Made by a program: the position numbers and the translations under genes. A stretch of 42,689 bases of DNA from Staphylococcus phage IME1346_01. The DNA is taken from sequence record KY653125.1, one strand, 5' to 3'. Positions within the stretch are counted from its first letter, which is position 1, and each line of letters opens with the position of its first letter. Positions 16,124-26,095 of the stretch are shown piece by piece. Below the pieces are notes generated by a model, which was not told the origin of the DNA, made no database searches, and saw only the letters and a program-made list of their open reading frames with translations.

Positions 16124-16576
16124 ATGGAGATATCAAAGTACCAAGAGATAGCTACACGTACACACAATGATGAATTGAATTTAAATGAATATATTACTTG
16201 TTACGGCTTAGGTTTAACTCAATCTACAGGCAATGTTACAGATCTAATTAAACAGCATATGTTTTGTAATGTACCGATAGATAAAGGAATTATGATAAAT
16301 GAACTTAGCGAAGCATTGTGGAATATAGCTAATCTTACTAACGTGTTAGGTATTAACTTGGATGAGATAGCTGGTCATAGTGTTAACACTATCTTGATGA
16401 ATAAACCTAATCAGACTATCAATTTAGACAATGGTATAAAACAAGGAGACAAAGTATTGTTTCAAGGTAGTAAGTATCTTGTTGATGGATCGATAGGAAA
16501 CTTATTGTTAATTAGCAATGATAAAGATGATAGACAAGTAACTGTGCAAGATGTTAAGAAAGTCGACAAGGAGTGA
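16124..16576 (+). CDS. MazG-like nucleotide pyrophosphohydrolase-domain protein (suspected)
   Basis: Start at the ATG after AAGAGGTGGAGA. Contains an EALWNIANLTNVLGINLDEI motif resembling the MazG helix pair. Confidence 0.35.
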   Translation: MEISKYQEIATRTHNDELNLNEYITCYGLGLTQSTGNVTDLIKQHMFCNVPIDKGIMINELSEALWNIANLTNVLGINLDEIAGHSVNTILMNKPNQTINLDNGIKQGDKVLFQGSKYLVDGSIGNLLLISNDKDDRQVTVQDVKKVDKE

Positions 16577-16582
16577 TGTGCA

Positions 16583-16936
16583 TTGTCTATTATGAAGCGA
16601 TGTGGTCATCCAACATGTAATGTATTGATTAATCATAATGAAAGTTATTGTGATAAACACAAGCAATATGCAAATGAAAATTACAATGATTTGAGACGTC
16701 GAAACGATCCAGAGTATTTAAGATTTTATAAATCGAAAACGTGGCAAAACATGCGTCGAATTGTATTGTTAGAACATGATTTTATTTGTGTTTCTTGTGG
16801 CAATCAAGCGACTATGGTTGACCATATTGTACCAACAAAAATTGATTGGGCAAGAAGATTAGACAAAAGTAATTTACAGCCTTTGTGTGATGCTTGCCAT
16901 AACCAAAAGACAAAAGAAGATTTGAAGAAATATTAA
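16583..16936 (+). CDS. HNH endonuclease (packaging-associated, cos-type)
   Basis: HNH motifs (DHIVP...CDACHNQKT) directly upstream of terS. Confidence 0.8.
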   Translation: MSIMKRCGHPTCNVLINHNESYCDKHKQYANENYNDLRRRNDPEYLRFYKSKTWQNMRRIVLLEHDFICVSCGNQATMVDHIVPTKIDWARRLDKSNLQPLCDACHNQKTKEDLKKY

Positions 16937-17065
16937 AAAAGATAAAAATAGGAAGTCACCCCAAAGATGAAACGGGCGTCAATGAAAGGTTCTGGAGAAC
17001 GGAGCAGAGTTTTCTTCTCAAAAAATTCCCTTTATTTAAGTTTTTTTAGTAGGAGGTGCTAATTT

Positions 17066-17533
17066 ATGGCGGGTAGACCTAAGAAGCTTTTGTCAAATTC
17101 GAACAAGAATTATACAAAAGAAGAAATTATTGAAAAAGAGCGTCAAGAAGCTCAATTAAATAAATTTTCTAAAATCGATACTGAACCACCGCACTTTTTA
17201 GATGAAATAGCGAAACAAGAATACTTAAGAATATTACCGCACATGCAAGAATTGCCAATTTCCAACTTAGATAAAGCACAATTAGCACAATATTGTAGTT
17301 TTTATAGTGACTTTGTTAAAGCAAGTTTGATTTTAGAGCGCGAAGACTTGATTTTAGAAGACGACAAAGGAAATCAAAAGGTTAATCCGGCGTTCAACAT
17401 AAAGGAAAAAGCGGGTATTCGATTGCAACAAACAGCTAATACTTTAGGATTAACTATTGATAGCCGATTGCGTATTATGGTTCCTGATGAAAAAGAAGAT
17501 GATGATCCATATATGGAATTTGTGAGTGATTAG
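17066..17533 (+). CDS. terS: terminase small subunit (P27 family)
   Basis: Size and position are right, and the region is conserved with the HNH/P27 packaging module. Confidence 0.7.
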   Translation: MAGRPKKLLSNSNKNYTKEEIIEKERQEAQLNKFSKIDTEPPHFLDEIAKQEYLRILPHMQELPISNLDKAQLAQYCSFYSDFVKASLILEREDLILEDDKGNQKVNPAFNIKEKAGIRLQQTANTLGLTIDSRLRIMVPDEKEDDDPYMEFVSD

Positions 17534-17535
17534 TA

Positions 17536-19230
17536 ATGACTGATTATGTTACTAAATACGCAAAAAAGGTAGTTTCAGGAGAAATTTTGGCAAGTTTGAA
17601 GAATATTCAAGTATGTAAACGTCACCTATCTTTTATGGAGAACCCGCCGAATGGTTGCCATTGGGATAATCATTTGTCTAACAAAGCAATTAAATTTGTG
17701 GAAATGCTTCCAGACCCTAAAACAAATCAGCCCATGCCTCTTATGGAGTTTCAGAAATTCATTGTTGGGAGCTTATACGGCTGGCGTAGAGGTCAATACA
17801 GAATGTTTACTAAAGCTTATATAAGTATGGCTAGAAAACAAGGTAAGTCTCTAATCGTATCGGGAATGTCCGTTAACGAACTGTTGTTTGGACAATACCC
17901 TAAATTTAATAGACAAATTTATGTAGCTTCATCTACTTATAAGCAAGCGCAAACAATATTCAAGATGGCAAGCCAACAAGTAAACCTAATGCGAAGTAAA
18001 AGCAAGTTTATCCGTGAAAAAACAGACGTAAGAAAGACAGACATTGAAGATGTATTAAGTAGTTCAGTGTTTGCACCTCTTTCCAATAACCCAGATGCGG
18101 TTGATGGTAAAGATCCTACAGTTGCTATTTTGGACGAATTGGCAAGTATGCCTGATGATGAGATGTACTCAAGGTTTAAAACAGGTATGACATTACAAAA
18201 AAATCCTTTAACCCTACTTGTTTCAACGGCCGGAGACAATTTAAATAGTCAAATGTACCAAGAGTATAAGTATATTAAACGTATTTTAAATGAAGAAGTA
18301 AGAGCTGATAATTACTTTGTATATTGTGCTGAAATGGATTCACAAGAAGAAGTTCAAGATGAAACAAAGTGGATTAAAGCAATGCCGCTTTTAGAATCAA
18401 AAGAACATAGAAAAACTATACTTCAAAATGTAAAAGCTGATATACAAGACGAATTAGAAAAAGGGACATCATATCATAAGATTTTGATTAAAAACTTCAA
18501 TTTATGGCAAGCGCAAAGAGAAGATAGCTTGCTAGATATTTCAGATTGGGAACAAGTAATAACGCCTATGCCTAATATCAATGGTAAAGATGTGTATATA
18601 GGTGTCGACTTATCGAGATTGGATGACTTAACATCTGTAGGGTTTATTTTCCCTAACGACGATAAAAAAGTGTTTTTACATAGTCATTCTTTCATTGGAT
18701 TAAGAACAAACTTAGAACAAAAATCTAAGAGAGACAAAATAAATTATGAATTAGCGATTGAACGTGGCGAAGCTGAGACTACACAATCAGATAGCGGCAT
18801 GATTGATTATAAACAAGTTATCGATTTTATAGTGAAATTTATAACGACGCATGACCTGAATGTACAGGCTGTTTGCTATGACCCTTGGAATGCGCAAAGT
18901 TTTATAACAACAATCGAATCAATGGCTTTAGATTGGCCACTCATTGAAGTGGGACAAAGTTTTAAGGCGTTATCACAATCTATTAAAGAATTTAGAATGT
19001 GGGTTGCAGATGAAAGAATACAGCATAACGATAATATGTTACTTACAACATCAGTTAATAATGCCGTTTTGATTCGTGACGGAGAAGACAATGTGAAAAT
19101 AAATAAAAAAATGAATCGTCAAAAAATAGATCCGATTATTTCGATTATCACAGCTTTCACTGAAGCTAGAATGCACGAATTCCAAGAAAATTGGACGGAG
19201 AAATATGAAAGCGAAGAATTCGGATTTTAA
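17536..19230 (+). CDS. terL: terminase large subunit
   Basis: 564 aa with ATPase and nuclease domains, following terS. Confidence 0.85.
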   Translation: MTDYVTKYAKKVVSGEILASLKNIQVCKRHLSFMENPPNGCHWDNHLSNKAIKFVEMLPDPKTNQPMPLMEFQKFIVGSLYGWRRGQYRMFTKAYISMARKQGKSLIVSGMSVNELLFGQYPKFNRQIYVASSTYKQAQTIFKMASQQVNLMRSKSKFIREKTDVRKTDIEDVLSSSVFAPLSNNPDAVDGKDPTVAILDELASMPDDEMYSRFKTGMTLQKNPLTLLVSTAGDNLNSQMYQEYKYIKRILNEEVRADNYFVYCAEMDSQEEVQDETKWIKAMPLLESKEHRKTILQNVKADIQDELEKGTSYHKILIKNFNLWQAQREDSLLDISDWEQVITPMPNINGKDVYIGVDLSRLDDLTSVGFIFPNDDKKVFLHSHSFIGLRTNLEQKSKRDKINYELAIERGEAETTQSDSGMIDYKQVIDFIVKFITTHDLNVQAVCYDPWNAQSFITTIESMALDWPLIEVGQSFKALSQSIKEFRMWVADERIQHNDNMLLTTSVNNAVLIRDGEDNVKINKKMNRQKIDPIISIITAFTEARMHEFQENWTEKYESEEFGF

Positions 19231-19243
19231 AGGTGGTGACAAA

Positions 19244-19444
19244 ATGGACTTGAATAAAATAAATGTCTTTTTTAATTTCTTGGTTGCTAATTTGGTTAGC
19301 ATCCTTTTTTTATTAGGTTTGTTTGTGGTTAATGTTTCTGTGTATAAAGCATTCGGTCAAAATATAGGACTTTTATGCATTGGTATAACACTGATTGTTA
19401 TTTCGTTGATTTTAAATCACGAAAGCAATCAAGAAAGGAGTTAG
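19244..19444 (+). CDS. 66-aa two-TM membrane protein between terL and portal
   Basis: Strong RBS (AAAGGTGGTG, 7 nt before the ATG). It fills the 220-bp gap between terL and portal. Confidence 0.4.
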   Translation: MDLNKINVFFNFLVANLVSILFLLGLFVVNVSVYKAFGQNIGLLCIGITLIVISLILNHESNQERS

Positions 19445-19449
19445 TAGTT

Positions 19450-20700
19450 GTGGGGATTTTTTATAAAAATGAAAAACGAGACTTGCAATACAACGAAGAT
19501 GATTTGCAAATGATGGTTCAAACTTTGCCAGGTTTTCAAGGAACAAAATTACGACAATATAAAGATATAGAAGCAATTAGGCATAGCGACATCTTTACGG
19601 CAGTTATGATGATTGCTTCTGATTTGGCGCGCATGCCAATTAGGGTGACAGTGAACGGCCAAATTAATTATAGTGACAGGATTGTTAATTTGTTAAATAC
19701 ACGTCCTAACCCAATGTATAACGGCTATATATTCAAATTAGTAGTGTTTGTTAGTGCCTTACTAACATCGCACGGCTATATTGAAATTACACGTGATAAA
19801 ACAGGAGAACCTATGAATTTAACGTTCAGAAAGACATCCGAAATAGAATTGAAATCAGACGCAAGAGGTCGACTGTATTATTTTCATCAAAGGATAGACA
19901 GTAACGGAAATAATATAGAACGTAATGTTAAGTTTGAGGATATGCTAGACATCAAATTTTATTCGTTGGATGGTATAAATGGTTTGTCACTGTTAGACAC
20001 ATTAAGTCGCACGATAGAATCAGATAACAATGGAAAAGATTTCCTTAATAATTTCTTGCGAAATGGCACACATGCTGGTGGTATTTTGAAAATGAAAGGT
20101 GTATTAGATAATAAAAAAGCAAGAGACCGTGCCAGAGAAGAATTTCACAAAAGTTTTAGTGGAACTAAACAAGCTGGGAAAGTTGTCGTACTCGATGAAT
20201 CAATGACGTTTGATCAATTAGAAGTTGATACAGAAGTTTTAAAGCTTATCAGAGAAAACAAATCATCAACAAGAGAAATAGCAGGTGTATTTGGTATTCC
20301 ATTGCATAAGTTCGGCATAGAAACAGCGAACATGAGTATCACGGATGCTAATTTAGATTACTTATCAACTTTAAAACCTTATATTACATGCGTTTGTGCA
20401 GAATTGAATTTTAAGTTTAATGATGAATATGTGAATCGTGAATTTAAATTTGATACCACTGAAATACGAGTTGTTGATGAAAAAACACAAGCTGAAATTG
20501 ACAAAATTAACATTGATTCTGGAAAGATGAATATCGATGAAATTAGACAACGTGATGGATTAGCGCCAATACCAGGCGGTAATGGTAGCGTTCACAGAGT
20601 CGATTTAAACCATGTAAATATTGAACTTGTAGATGAGTATCAGATGAATAAATCGAGAGCTACTGATAAAAAATTGAAAGGTGGTGAGGAAAATGAGTAA
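19450..20700 (+). CDS. portal protein (HK97-family)
   Basis: Start chosen at the GTG after AAAGGAG. About 416 aa with a typical portal core, following terL. Confidence 0.8.
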   Translation: MGIFYKNEKRDLQYNEDDLQMMVQTLPGFQGTKLRQYKDIEAIRHSDIFTAVMMIASDLARMPIRVTVNGQINYSDRIVNLLNTRPNPMYNGYIFKLVVFVSALLTSHGYIEITRDKTGEPMNLTFRKTSEIELKSDARGRLYYFHQRIDSNGNNIERNVKFEDMLDIKFYSLDGINGLSLLDTLSRTIESDNNGKDFLNNFLRNGTHAGGILKMKGVLDNKKARDRAREEFHKSFSGTKQAGKVVVLDESMTFDQLEVDTEVLKLIRENKSSTREIAGVFGIPLHKFGIETANMSITDANLDYLSTLKPYITCVCAELNFKFNDEYVNREFKFDTTEIRVVDEKTQAEIDKINIDSGKMNIDEIRQRDGLAPIPGGNGSVHRVDLNHVNIELVDEYQMNKSRATDKKLKGGEENE

Positions 20701-21277
20701 GGAAACGAGAGTTGGCAACATTATTGAGGTACGCTCAAATGATAACAACGAAATGGTCATAGAGGGGTATGCGTTAAAGTTTGACACTTGGTCTGAAAAT
20801 CTTGGTGGATTCAAAGAAACGATTTCACGTCGCGCTTTAGAAAACACTGATTTATCTGATGTGCGTTGTTTAGTAGATCATATCCCATCGCAAATAATTG
20901 GTAGGACAAAATCGGGTACTTTGGAGCTCGAAACTGATGATGTTGGACTTAAATATCGTTGTAAGTTACCAAACACAACATTTGCACGTGATTTATATGA
21001 GAACATGCGTGTAGGCAACATCAATCAATGTTCGTTTGGTTTTATGCTTGACGATAAAGGCGATGAAGTGCGTTTTGATGAACAAGAAAACATTTACAAA
21101 CGTACTTTAACAGCAATTCGTGAACTTACAGATGTTTCTGTAGTGACTTATCCGGCTTACAAAGACACTGATGTTAAACCAGCATTACGTAGTATTGAAA
21201 CCGTTAAAAAAGAACAACGTAAAAAAGAATTAGAAATAAGACTAAAGAAACACTCTATATTAAATAATATTTGGTGA
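20693..21277 (+). CDS. prohead protease (HK97 / S78 family)
   Basis: Start at the ATG after AAAGGTGGTGAGGA. Motifs and position match a prohead protease. Confidence 0.8.
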   Translation: MSKETRVGNIIEVRSNDNNEMVIEGYALKFDTWSENLGGFKETISRRALENTDLSDVRCLVDHIPSQIIGRTKSGTLELETDDVGLKYRCKLPNTTFARDLYENMRVGNINQCSFGFMLDDKGDEVRFDEQENIYKRTLTAIRELTDVSVVTYPAYKDTDVKPALRSIETVKKEQRKKELEIRLKKHSILNNIW

Positions 21278-21364
21278 AGTTGAACACCATTATCAAATAC
21301 AGCCATTGGACATGCTGAATATAGCGATGTCTATTTTTTTATGCCAATTTTAGGAGGAAATTAA

Positions 21365-22612
21365 ATGAAAACAAAAGAAGAGTTACAATCTGAGATTTCA
21401 GACATTAAAAGACAAATTGATTTAAAGGTGAAGTATGCAACGAGAGCACTTAATAACGATGAGTTAGAAAAAGCAGAAAAATTAGAACAAGAAATTACTG
21501 ATTTACGTTCTCAAATCCAAGAAAAACAAGAAGAATTAGATAAGCTAAAAGAAAAAGATGGAACTTCAGAAAACAATCAACAATCAGTGGAAGTAAACGA
21601 AGCACGTACTTATCGAAATCAAGCAAACATTAATGATTTAGGTATTTCGATTCAAAACACAAAGGTAACATCACAAGAAGTTAGAGATTTTACTGAATAT
21701 CTTGAAACACGCAATGATATTCAAGGTGGTTCGTTAAAAACAGACTCAGGATTTGTAGTTATTCCAGAGGAAATTGTTACAGATATTTTAAAATTAAAAG
21801 AGGTTGAGTTTAATCTTGATAAGTATGTGACGGTCAAACGTGTTACAAATGGTTCTGGTAAATATCCGGTAGTACGACAATCAGAAGTTGCAGCCCTTGA
21901 AAAAGTTGAAGAATTAGAAGAAAACCCTGAATTAGCAGTTAAACCATTCTTCCAATTAGCATATGACATTAATACACACCGTGGTTACTTCCGAATTTCA
22001 CGTGAAGCAATCGAAGATGCAAAAGTGAATGTTTTGCAAGAATTGAAACTATGGATGGCGCGAACTATTGCAGCAACACGAAACAAAGCAATTATTGATG
22101 TTATCACTAAAGGATCAACGGGTTCTACAAGTTCAGGTTTTGAAAAAGAAGGCAAGAAATTAGAAGTTAAAAAAGCAAAATCTTTAGATGATATTAAAGA
22201 TGCTATTAACCTGAATGTTAAGCCAAATTACGAACATAATGTTGCGATTGTTTCGCAAACTATGTTTGCAAAATTAGACAAAATGAAAGATAAGCTAGGA
22301 AACTATTTAATCCAGCCAGATGTTAAAGAAAAAACGCAACAGCGTTTATTAGGAGCTAAAATCGAAATTTTACCTGATGAAGTACTAGGGCAAAAAGGTA
22401 ATAACACTTTGATTATCGGTAACTTAAAAGATGCGATTGTTTTATTTGACCGCTCTCAATACCAAGCATCATGGACTGACTACATGCATTTCGGAGAATG
22501 TTTAATGATTGCTGTACGTCAAGACTGTAGAATTCTAGATTATAAATCAGCAATTGTGATTGAATATGATGATAGTGAACGCGGTGAAGGCGATCTTGGC
22601 TTAGAAGCATAA
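21365..22612 (+). CDS. major capsid protein (HK97 fold) with an N-terminal coiled-coil delta/scaffold domain
   Basis: 415 aa, following the protease. Confidence 0.85.
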   Translation: MKTKEELQSEISDIKRQIDLKVKYATRALNNDELEKAEKLEQEITDLRSQIQEKQEELDKLKEKDGTSENNQQSVEVNEARTYRNQANINDLGISIQNTKVTSQEVRDFTEYLETRNDIQGGSLKTDSGFVVIPEEIVTDILKLKEVEFNLDKYVTVKRVTNGSGKYPVVRQSEVAALEKVEELEENPELAVKPFFQLAYDINTHRGYFRISREAIEDAKVNVLQELKLWMARTIAATRNKAIIDVITKGSTGSTSSGFEKEGKKLEVKKAKSLDDIKDAINLNVKPNYEHNVAIVSQTMFAKLDKMKDKLGNYLIQPDVKEKTQQRLLGAKIEILPDEVLGQKGNNTLIIGNLKDAIVLFDRSQYQASWTDYMHFGECLMIAVRQDCRILDYKSAIVIEYDDSERGEGDLGLEA

Positions 22613-22647
22613 TAAGCGCTCGATACTTTATAAAGAGGTGATAAACT

Positions 22648-22806
22648 ATGGCAATGTATGAAGTGAAGAAATCTTATACTGACTTGGAAAAAGGCCAGTA
22701 TTTAAAGTCAGGTAAACGTGTTGAAATGACAGTAAAACGTGCTGAATATGTTAACAAAAAGCTGAAAGAGCATGGAGTAATACTTGAAAGAGTAAAAGAA
22801 GAATAG
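22648..22806 (+). CDS. 52-aa hypothetical protein
   Basis: Not in the ORF track. Strong RBS (AAAGAGGTGATAAACT-ATG). Confidence 0.35.
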   Translation: MAMYEVKKSYTDLEKGQYLKSGKRVEMTVKRAEYVNKKLKEHGVILERVKEE

Positions 22807-22814
22807 GTGATTGA

Positions 22815-23147
22815 ATGCAATTAACAGCTGAGGAACTTAAGTTATTAAAAAAGCATTGCAAAATAGATCACAATTCAGAGGACGACTTATTAGAAATATA
22901 TTACTCTTGGGCATTCCATGAAATAGCTAGCGCTGTTACGGATAAACCAAGTAAATATATTGATTGGTTTAAAAGTCATCCTCTATTTGCTCGTGCTATA
23001 TACCCTTTAGCAAGTTACTATTTTGAAAACCGTATTGCTTATTTGGATAGGGATTTATCGCTTGCGCCACATATGGTTTTAAGTACGGTGCATAAATTGA
23101 GAGGTTCATTTGAGCAATTTTTGGAGAGTGAAAATGATGAAATTTAA
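22815..23147 (+). CDS. head-tail connector (gp6-like)
   Basis: Position and size. Confidence 0.6.
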   Translation: MQLTAEELKLLKKHCKIDHNSEDDLLEIYYSWAFHEIASAVTDKPSKYIDWFKSHPLFARAIYPLASYYFENRIAYLDRDLSLAPHMVLSTVHKLRGSFEQFLESENDEI

Positions 23148-23469
23148 TTCCAATAAATTAAATGAACGTATAGATTTTTGTGAAGATGTAAGCGAGAGAG
23201 TGAACGGAAATCCGATGAAACCGAAGACGAAAATATTATACTCTTGTTTCGCTTGCATTCAAGAATCTAAAGAATCCGACACTCAAACGAATCTCAATAC
23301 AGGTAGCAAATTCATTAAAACTATTATTATCAGAGATACACGAGGTGATTATAAACCAACAAATAAGCATTACGTCTTGCATGAAGGGCAAAGATTTAAC
23401 ATCAAATATGTAAAGCCAGATTATCAAGATAAATCTTATTTGCGTATCTATGGCGAGGTGGTCATTTAA
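23134..23469 (+). CDS. head closure / head-tail adaptor protein
   Basis: Position and size. Confidence 0.55.
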   Translation: MMKFNSNKLNERIDFCEDVSERVNGNPMKPKTKILYSCFACIQESKESDTQTNLNTGSKFIKTIIIRDTRGDYKPTNKHYVLHEGQRFNIKYVKPDYQDKSYLRIYGEVVI

Positions 23470-23846
23470 TGGGGGCAAGAATTGAAAGTAATAACATCGA
23501 ACAAGGTTTGAAAAATGCAGTTTTAAAAATGAATTTAAATAGTAATGTAATTGTCAAAGCTGGGGCTATGTCATTAGTCCCGCTTTTAAAAAGTAATACA
23601 CCTTTTGCGAATACTAAAAAGCATGCTCGCGATCACATAGCTGTTTCTAATGTGAAAACAGACAGACACACAAGTGAGAAAATTGTTACAATTGGTTACG
23701 CTAAAGGCGTCTCACATCGTATTCATGCAACAGAATTTGGAACAATGTACCAAAAACCACAATTGTTTATAACAAAAACAGAAAAGCAAGGGAAAAACAA
23801 AGTTTTAAAAACAATGCTTGATACTGCTAAGAGGTTGCAAAAATGA
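23469..23846 (+). CDS. HK97 gp10-family tail component
   Basis: Position. Confidence 0.55.
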   Translation: MGARIESNNIEQGLKNAVLKMNLNSNVIVKAGAMSLVPLLKSNTPFANTKKHARDHIAVSNVKTDRHTSEKIVTIGYAKGVSHRIHATEFGTMYQKPQLFITKTEKQGKNKVLKTMLDTAKRLQK

Positions 23847-24223
23847 TTAATGTTACCAAATTAATTAGAAACGCTATTATTGCAAATAACATTACAGATG
23901 AAGTGAATGTGTTTAACTACACTATAGATGACCATTTTCACGAAAAAACTGACAAGCCTATTATTCGTATATATCCCTTACCGTTCAATCCTGACACATA
24001 CGCTGATGATAACGAGATTTCAAGAGAATACCATTACCAAATTGATGTTTGGTGGTCTCAAGATGAACCGAACGAGCAAGCAGAAAAAATTGTTGAGTTA
24101 CTCAAAGTGATAAATTTTCAATGTTATTACAGAGAACCGTTATACGAGAGTGACGTCATGTCATTCAGACATATTATAAGAGCAAAAGGCTCGATTTTAT
24201 CAATGAAATTGGAGGAAAATTAA
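23843..24223 (+). CDS. tail completion protein
   Basis: Position. Confidence 0.5.
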   Translation: MINVTKLIRNAIIANNITDEVNVFNYTIDDHFHEKTDKPIIRIYPLPFNPDTYADDNEISREYHYQIDVWWSQDEPNEQAEKIVELLKVINFQCYYREPLYESDVMSFRHIIRAKGSILSMKLEEN

Positions 24224-25177
24224 ATGATTGAAAAATTGAAACAAGCACCAAGATTTTTAAAATTAAACTTACAACATTTTGCAGATACAGGAGTTTCGGG
24301 TATCGCAATTGGGGTATCAAACTTTTATTATGCACCTATTTTAAAAGATACAGAAAATGAATGGGAAACTGGAGCTGGCACACGTATTCGTTTCTTAAAA
24401 GAAATTGAAGTAGACCGTCCACAAGATACCGAGGAAGATTATGGGGATGATATGGTCGCAGCAACTGCTGTATCTAATGGCAAACTAAGTGTTAAGACAA
24501 CATTTGTTACTGTTCCTGCTGACGATAAGGCGTTCTTGAATGGCGCTAAAAAAGGTGTAGGTGGTTATAAATATGGAGCTAAGGATATCCCGCCAGATGT
24601 AGCGATTGTATTTGAAAGACGTAATCATGATGAGTCTTCAGAATGGGTTGGCTTGTTCAAAGGTAAATTCACTCGTTCAAGCATCAAAGGGCAAACAAAA
24701 CAAGATAAAGTTGAATTCCAGAATGACGACGTAGAAGGCAATTTTATTGATCGTTTGTTTGATGAGAGCTCGCATGTTACTGGCTATGATAAAAAAGGAA
24801 GCACTACAGGGCGCGATTATGTATTCATGGAAACATTTGGTAAAACTTATGATGAATTCATGTCTAGTCGAGGAGAACAAAATATGGAACCTGTAGAAAA
24901 AGAAATGAAAAAAACAGAAAAAGTTGAAGTCACTTCTGTAAACGTCACTGATGAACAAGTTACAGTTAAAGTTGATGCTACTAAACAACTATCAGCCACA
25001 ACCGAACCATCTGGACAGAAAGTAACTTATGCAGTGACTGAGGGGCAAACGTATGCTAGCGTAACATCAACTGGCCTCGTTAAAGGTTTGGCGGAAGGTA
25101 ATGCGACCGTTACAGCGACTGCAGGAAAGCAAACTGATACTGTGCAAATTACAGTACAATCTAATTTAGAAATGTAA
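24224..25177 (+). CDS. major tail protein with C-terminal Ig-like (Big_2) domain
   Basis: Big_2-like C-terminus (VTSVNVTDEQVTVKV...GNATVTATAG). Confidence 0.8.
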   Translation: MIEKLKQAPRFLKLNLQHFADTGVSGIAIGVSNFYYAPILKDTENEWETGAGTRIRFLKEIEVDRPQDTEEDYGDDMVAATAVSNGKLSVKTTFVTVPADDKAFLNGAKKGVGGYKYGAKDIPPDVAIVFERRNHDESSEWVGLFKGKFTRSSIKGQTKQDKVEFQNDDVEGNFIDRLFDESSHVTGYDKKGSTTGRDYVFMETFGKTYDEFMSSRGEQNMEPVEKEMKKTEKVEVTSVNVTDEQVTVKVDATKQLSATTEPSGQKVTYAVTEGQTYASVTSTGLVKGLAEGNATVTATAGKQTDTVQITVQSNLEM

Positions 25178-25182
25178 GTTTT

Positions 25183-25206
25183 GAGGGCTTAACGCCCTCT
25201 TTTTAT
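25183..25206 (+). terminator. intrinsic terminator GAGGGC-ttaac-GCCCTC followed by TTTTTATTTT
   Basis: Perfect 6-bp GC stem followed by a T-run, after the major tail gene. Confidence 0.7.
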
Positions 25207-25241
25207 TTTGGCCAAATTAAAAAGAAAGTAGGAATTTAATA

Positions 25242-25924
25242 ATGGAACGTACATCAATTGAATTAATTACAGGATTTACAAAAACAGGAAAGCCGCAATA
25301 TCAAAAGTATTTAGCGAAGCCGATTATTACTTTGTTTGAAACAATTCAAGGTTCAAAATTAGGTTTGAAACTTAACAAAGCCTTTAAGGGGGCTGATTTT
25401 AAAGATCTAACAGAAGAAGAATTTAATAACTTAAGTGTGACAGAACAGGAAGAATACAAAAACAAGCAAGAAGAATACGAAAACAACATGGCTGTACAAA
25501 TGGAAGTATTAGAAGAAGTTTTGGATTTCATCGTTGAAGCTTTTGATAATCAATTTACCAGTATAGAACTTCAAAAAGGATTACCAAATGGTCAAGAAGG
25601 TATTGAAAAGATTGGACAGTTAATTGGACGAATTACAGGTGGGGAACCTAGCGATACAAAAAAGTTCGTGACAGAGAATCAGAAATAAGAAAAGAAGATT
25701 TAACACCTGAAGCTGTCTACAACAATTACAGGAAAATAGCTAAAGATTTGATAGAAAAAGGCATGGATGCAGAAAAAGTGGCTAACATGCCGATACACTT
25801 CTTTTTAGACATTGTCGAATCGAAGATTGAAACAAAGCGAACTGCGAAAAGTTTTAAAGATATTTTTAATCAGCCTTTAAAGGTTGATTTTTTATTTACA
25901 TCTTGGAAGAAAGGAGGTTTTTAA
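25242..25924 (+). CDS. tail assembly chaperone G (25242..25688) and its -1 frameshift extension G-T (to 25924)
   Basis: The slippery heptamer A_AAA_AAG at 25658..25664 is in frame 0. The -1 frame stays open from 25652 to 25924. Confidence 0.7.
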
Positions 25925-26095
25925 ATGCCTAATCCTATAGGTAATATGGTCATAAAGGTTGATTTAGATGGTTCTGGATTCAATAGAGGTGTGACAGGTT
26001 TAAATAGGCAAATGAAAATGGTTTCGCGTGAGCTTTCGGCTAATTTATCACAATTTTCTAGATATGATAATTCATTAGAAAAGTCGAAGGTTTGA
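25925..26095 (+). pseudogene. N-terminal 55-codon segment of the tape measure protein (MPNPIGNMVIKVDLDG...), out of frame with the main TMP ORF
   Basis: ATG after AAAGGAGGTTTTTAA. The frame stops at 26093..26095. The main TMP frame is open only from 26071, so an indel must lie in the A4 run at 26079..26082. Confidence 0.55.
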
